This document shows positions 29,052-64,000 of a DNA stretch of 64,000 bases, piece after piece. Position numbers and translations under genes: made by a program. The notes below the pieces were generated by a model, which made no database searches, was not told the DNA's origin, and saw nothing but the letters and a program-made list of their open reading frames with translations. Position 1 is the first letter of the stretch, and each line of letters starts with the position of its first letter. The stretch lies in the NCBI RefSeq assembly GCF_009914755.1, contig NC_060928.1; one strand, written 5' to 3'. Source of the stretch: the human T2T-CHM13v2.0 reference genome, Homo sapiens.

Positions 29052-29771
29052 AAAGTGAAAACTAAAAATCTCAGAATACAAAAATTACCTTAGAAAGTCA
29101 ATTAGATCTCCCATAAAATTCCCCATAAACTACAGTAAAACAGGGAGGCATAAGGCATAAGAATGGGTTATAGGCAAAGGCAATTAAACCTTTAATTCTT
29201 GGGCCAGTCAAGAAAACAGACAAATTAGGCTCTATCCTTGCATTGTTTTAAGCTAGTATTTGCCTTTCAGAAATTGTCTATATTGCTCTTAGAGATTGTA
29301 ATTCAGAAATTCAAAATCATGTGTATTCTGAAAAGTCTTGTGAAGCACCGCATGTACATGTGTGTGTGTTTCTCTATGACTTCTAATTAACATTTCAATA
29401 TTTTTTCATGGCTATTGAACATGTCATCAGCACAGACATCCTGACTACCAAAGCAGTATATTCCATTCACAACTATTAGAAACTCCTTAAAAGCATGTAT
29501 ACCTTCTCCCCGTTGGTTTTGGATTAAGCTATATTTGGTTATATCATAATTGTTCTTTAAGCAGAATTGTGGGAAAAATTATAAATTTGATTTATATTGC
29601 TCTCTGTTTTATTTTTCTTCTTTTTCTTTCTCTTGCATTGGATTTAACTCTATTATATGTCCAAAATTGAGGAAAGCCATTTGTGGCCACATGGTTTTGT
29701 CAAGTGGGTAACTGGAGGTCTGAGAAGAATAGTGGGTGAGAGGTTCTAGAACTTAGATTTTTCTAAGGAAT

Positions 29772-29797
29772 GTTACCACGTTGCTAAGCTATGTAAC
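29772..29797 (+). promoter_or_regulatory. Putative C4orf17 promoter with RFX X-box-like half sites
   Basis: GTTACC-AC-GTTGCTAAGCTAT-GTAAC in unique sequence just upstream of the inferred exon 1; motif match imperfect. Confidence 0.3.
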
Positions 29798-30046
29798 ATA
29801 TCTTAACAACCAGGGAGCCACACAGGCTCCTTGGAGTAAGAGTGTGAGAAACTGGATGAAGACAGCTGTATTCTTTTGGAAGCGTTCGAGATTGGTCTGT
29901 CTCTACCAACTAAAAACTTCTAGCTTAAGTGCAGAGATTTAAGGAGATCAACAAAAACTCAGTCTAGACATATTATGAGGCTGGGAGGGTATCAACAGAC
30001 TTGAGTTCTTGTCAGCAAGATCACCTGCTTTTAATATTGTCCTCAG
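29780..30046 (+). other. C4orf17: Probable non-coding exon 1 of C4orf17 (start uncertain)
   Basis: Unique sequence ending in donor CAG|GTATAA at 30046/30047; would join acceptor TTTCAG|GGTCTG at 31762/31763. Confidence 0.55.
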
Positions 30047-31855
30047 GTATAATTTTAAATTCATCATTACAATAATGTTCTAAAATTTTAGGTATGATTT
30101 AGTTAATAGTCCTCAAGTTCATTCTTTTTTCAAGAGTATGTGAAAGCCAAATAAGTCTGTTTTAAGAAAATGAAATACACATTGTTTTCTTGTTGACTTT
30201 TTTTTTTTCAAAATTTAAAGTGTATCACTACCCTTTAATCTAAGAGAATTGATGTGGGACAGACACATACAGAATAACTGAATAATATCAGCTAACATTT
30301 AAGTCAATTTCATCAGGTAATAGACAAACAGACTGAAATCTAGGCAATAAAACAATTAATCTGTGGTCACTTTGCTGGTTAATGGCAAATCTGGGACCAT
30401 GAATCCTATCTTTAAATTTCTGGTTTAATGTCTTTTTCACTCTCCAAATTGTCTGCTGTACTCTTTTCCCCTCAATACAAGTAAAAAGCAAATTTACTGG
30501 CTTAATTGTACAAAAGGTCCCACACCAAAAGAATGAGTAAGTCTAAAGTGTGATTTAAACAAAGAGATTAGAACTAGCTCCTCACTGTGATATTCATAAA
30601 CAGCAATAAGAAAATATACTTTTTATTGCTAGATAGATATTTTCTGCATTTAATGTCTACATATATTTTACCCAACCTAGGATAATTTTAGTATTTATAT
30701 ATATCAAACTGAAGTTCCTGAAAACCAGATATTCTGTGGCAACAAGTCTGGGAATTTATACACCATACAGTCTAAGTATATAGCATGAAACACTTAAACA
30801 TAGATTGCTTTGTTCTAAAAAGGTAGTCAACGATCTAAAAGCATCCATCCCAACAAAATCCTGAGATCAATTTCTAGAACATGAACATTTTTTGACACTG
30901 CAAATTATTCTAACCCAAAAAGTCTCTGCCATGGTTATAAATAAAATGTGTATTTCCCAATTCTGCTACGATGAATAAGATTTTCATGTAAGATAGAAAA
31001 AATACAACAAGCACCAGAAAATCATCCTTCTTAGATTTCAAAAGCATACTATTTTCAAGAAAATTTAAATAACGACTTTCTATGTTCTTAATCCAGAAAT
31101 GTTCTTTCTCACATGGTTGTGAATTCACCAAGATACATAACATTATCTTTAATCTCCCAGGTCTATGACACCATAGGTGTCTAAAAATGTTAACTGTTAC
31201 TCAATATTGCAAACAACAACATGGCAAAGGTTCTCTGGTTTATCATCTCCAGATACATCACTCTTTTGGATTTTTTTCCTTCTTTGGGTTTTACCATTCT
31301 CTCCGAAGATGATATACATTTTAAGATGCTGGGTTTTAAAAGTACAATATGAAGGGACTTAACTTAAAATTAATTCAATGTAAAGTGCATTTGTGAGTAT
31401 TGTATTTAAAAGTCATCATTTAAATTTACTATATCAAAATTGATAATCATGTAATTTTTTTTGGTAAGTCAACAAAGTGAGCTCAAATGAAATTAAAAAC
31501 AGAATATACTTTATACTTTTTACAAATATAATATAAATATTTTGAAATCAAACACTTTGATTTTCCCCTGGGTAAATGTTTTAGATCCACCCATGCCTAT
31601 ACTTTTCAACGTTTACAAAAATTTGGTCTGAAAACAAAATAGCCTCACATTGCTGTAACATGAGAAACAATTTAGTTCAAGCAAAGAAGATGGAGAAATG
31701 TTTGATATATAAGAAAGTGACAAGAAACTCTTGTCAGAATGTTTGTCATTTTGTGATTTCAGGGTCTGAGCACATCTGGAAGTGAGGTCAATCAAGTTAG
31801 ACCCCAAAAACTTTTGTGACAACAGTGAAGAGGGGAAAATAAACACACCACAAAC

Positions 31856-60877
<29,022 letters not shown>

Positions 60878-61031
60878 AAGTTCTAGACTGGGTGAATTCT
60901 TTCATGAATATGAGCTTCACATTTACATCATCAAATTATTTTTCAAATGAATATTTTTGGTATTGAGGAATCAAGTGGTCCTCTTTATGGTGGCACATGT
61001 AAATCTAAAAATACCTGTATGTAATGCTACA

Positions 61032-61037
61032 AATAAA
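61032..61037 (+). terminator. C4orf17 polyadenylation signal
   Basis: First AATAAA about 155 nt after the stop, followed by GT/T-rich sequence. Confidence 0.75.
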
Positions 61038-61500
61038 TATTACTGGAAATGATATTTCCATTTGTAGTTAATACGATGTGTAAAAGAAATACATTTATTT
61101 ATATACTATGTTTCCAGTCTTGCACTATTAGTACATGAGCATAGAGCCCTGATACTAGAAAAATCATCCATAATCAGAATTAGGCAGTTACAGTTTGACA
61201 CCTACCCCAAACTCTGTTAGAGGGGGAAAAAAACACAAAGAACAAAAAACAAAACACCACCATCACCGCAAAAACAAACAAACCCAACAACAGAATTTTA
61301 ACATGTGAGATGGTTTTTATCATCTAGTGTCTCACTGTTGTTGAACTATTATGAAAAAATGCTACCCTCCCCTCCAAAAAGAAAACATATACATATTGTT
61401 TCTAACTCATGAGCCAGAAAGAAACTAGTTTTCAGTCAGTACTAATGGTGGACATTAACATTTCATACTGAATTTTTTGTGTTTTTAAAAGAAACCACTT

Positions 61501-61839
<339 letters not shown>

Positions 61840-62301
61840 CTACCAATAAGCCAATCCTTTATTTAGAATGTTCACACTGATGTTCATCAGAGATACTATA
61901 AATTCAGTGTGTGGTGTGTGCATATGCATGCATGTCTATATGTACATTAACTTTTAATGATAACATACTATGTGTCACGAATCATTCTAAACACTTTAGA
62001 TATAATAACTTATTTAATTTTCACAAAAACTATTTGAGGTAACTACTCTTATTTTTCTCATTATTTAAAATAAGAAAGCTGAGGCACAGATTTGAACTCA
62101 TTGTGATGGGATAAGTTGTAACAAATGCTATCATTCAAATACAATTATTTCCCACGTGAGAGTCTAAAGTGTGTGATTCAAAGATAACTTTGCTTTACTT
62201 GGTGATTTAGAGGCCCAGGATCCTTCCATCTTGTGGCTCAACCATCACCTAAGGCTCCATTGTCAACTGTACCATGCTGGCCAAAGAAAAAATGAGAGTA
62301 A

Positions 62302-62805
62302 AGTATTAGTTTCCTATTGCTGATGTAACAAATTACCACAAACTTTGTGACTTGATGCAACACAAATGTATTCTCTCACAATTCTGTAGGCAGAGGTCTG
62401 AAACAGGTCTTACTGGGCTAAAATCAAGGTGTGGCAGGACTGCATTCCTTTCCTAGGCTCTAGGGGACTATTTGTTTCCTTACCTGTTCCATTTTCTAGA
62501 GGCTATCTATACTCCTTGCTTCATGGCTCTCTTTCATCTTCAAAGTCAGCAATGGCCAGTCAAGTTGTTCTCATAACAAATCACTCTGATGCTGACTCTT
62601 CTGCCTCCATCTTCCACTTTTGGACCTTTGTGATTGCATCAGGCCTGTTATCCAGCTTATCCAAGATAATCTCCTTCATTTAAGGTCAGCTGATTAGCAA
62701 TTTAATTCTGTCTTCAACCTTAAATTCCCCCTTACCACGTAACTTAACATATTCAAAGGTTCTGGGAATTAGGATCTTTGAACGGACATTATTATGCCTT
62801 CCACA
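62302..62805 (-). mobile_element. MLT1C/D-type MaLR LTR (within an older MLT1 fragment)
   Basis: TATTAGTTTCCTATTGCTGATGTAACAAATTACCACAAAC...GCCTTCCACA. Confidence 0.75.
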
Positions 62806-63129
62806 AGGAGGATATATCTGCTTAAAGTCTTTGCCTTGAAATGGTAAACATCACTTCTAGTTACATTCCATGGTTGAGAATTAGTATAGCTGAAAGGGAA
62901 ACTGATTAAAAACTCTTGAGTGGGAATCATATTCCAATTACAGCTATGTTCTATGTTAACAAAAATTAGCTTTTGGTGGACAGTCAACTTTCTCTGACAC
63001 AAAGATTTCATGGCTGGCTCAAGGTATGGCTAGAATCTATGTGCTTAAGCACTAGGTGCTAGTGACACATAACAAGATTATGCTCAACTCATAAAATTAA
63101 TAAAGTGCACTCTCTCTTGCTTTTCTGTT

Positions 63130-64000
63130 ATGAAGATGTTACAATGGCATTGCCAATTCTTTTTCATTAAAAATTTGCTAACGTTCATCTATCAGATCAC
63201 ATAGGTTTTGTATTTTGGGAGTTGTAGCTTTTTGACAATTTTATTTCTCCTGTGGTAACTGTTCTATTTATATTTTCTGTATTTTTGGAGCGGAGGATCA
63301 ATTTTGGAACTTCATGTTTTCCCAGAAAATTATCCATTCCATCCAGGTTTCCAAATTTATTTTCATAGAATTGAGATTTATCTCATAATTCATCTAAATT
63401 TGTTTATTCTGCAATCTCATTTTTGTGTATTTGTAATTTTTTTCTTGATCCAGTTAGCTAATACTTTTCACATTTTGCTACCATTTTCAAAAAACAACAG
63501 ATCTTGGATTTATTCATATGTCCAACAATTTTCCTATTTCTATTTTGTATCTCTTTTCATTTTTTATTAAGTTCCATTTTTTATTTCTTCAGGTTCATTA
63601 TTGTTCTAATGCCTTGAGTCAAATCTTTTTAATATGTTTATATTCAGTTATTCTCATTAGCATAAATTTTTAAAGTGATGAATTTTCCTCTAATCACAGC
63701 TTTAGCTAGATCTATAGATCTGATATGTAGTGTTTTTATTATCTCTATTTTCAAAATATTACATAATTTCAAATTTGGTTTCCTCTTCTATCTTTCCTCT
63801 TTTTATCTTTCCCCTTTTATAAGCTCTTGAGAAAACAAATTTAAAATAAGGCTTTCATCCCATCTCACCAAGTTTATTTTCCAGTTTAATGTATTGTTAT
63901 CAGAGAAGCTGCCTATATTTTTACTTCTGGAAAATTTTCCTTGTGGTCTAATATAGTTACTTTTATGAATACGAGTTGCATTTTTTTTAGCCTACAAAAT
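63130..64000 (-). mobile_element. Ancient L1M ORF2 fragment
   Basis: T-rich degenerate L1 antisense motifs (TTTCCTCTAATCACAGCTTTAGCT). Confidence 0.55.

Overview
Primate, almost certainly human, genomic DNA rather than microbial. The right half (about 29.8-61.1 kb, + strand) holds a complete spliced gene: a probable non-coding exon 1 plus 8 coding exons with canonical GT-AG sites. They join in phase into a 1080-nt CDS (359 aa, [14 protein letters not shown]...CYPSTHRR*), which I recognise from memory as C4orf17 (SPATIAL/TBATA-like; 4q23). The left half is dominated by an HERV-K(HML-3)/HERVK9 provirus (MER9 LTRs, - strand, 5122-17234) whose 5' LTR is split by a full-length, inactivated L1PA3/PA4 (+ strand, 12-bp TSD). 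The rest is the usual mix of L1, Alu, MaLR/ERVL LTRs, L2, MIR and hAT elements. I see no new multi-gene system. The most unusual signal is that two unrelated HERV-K-class elements (HML-3 provirus, HML-5-type solo LTR) each carry a copy of their tRNA primer-binding site plus a second CA-ending terminus inside their target-site duplication. Repeat subfamily names come from recall of consensus sequences and were not computed.
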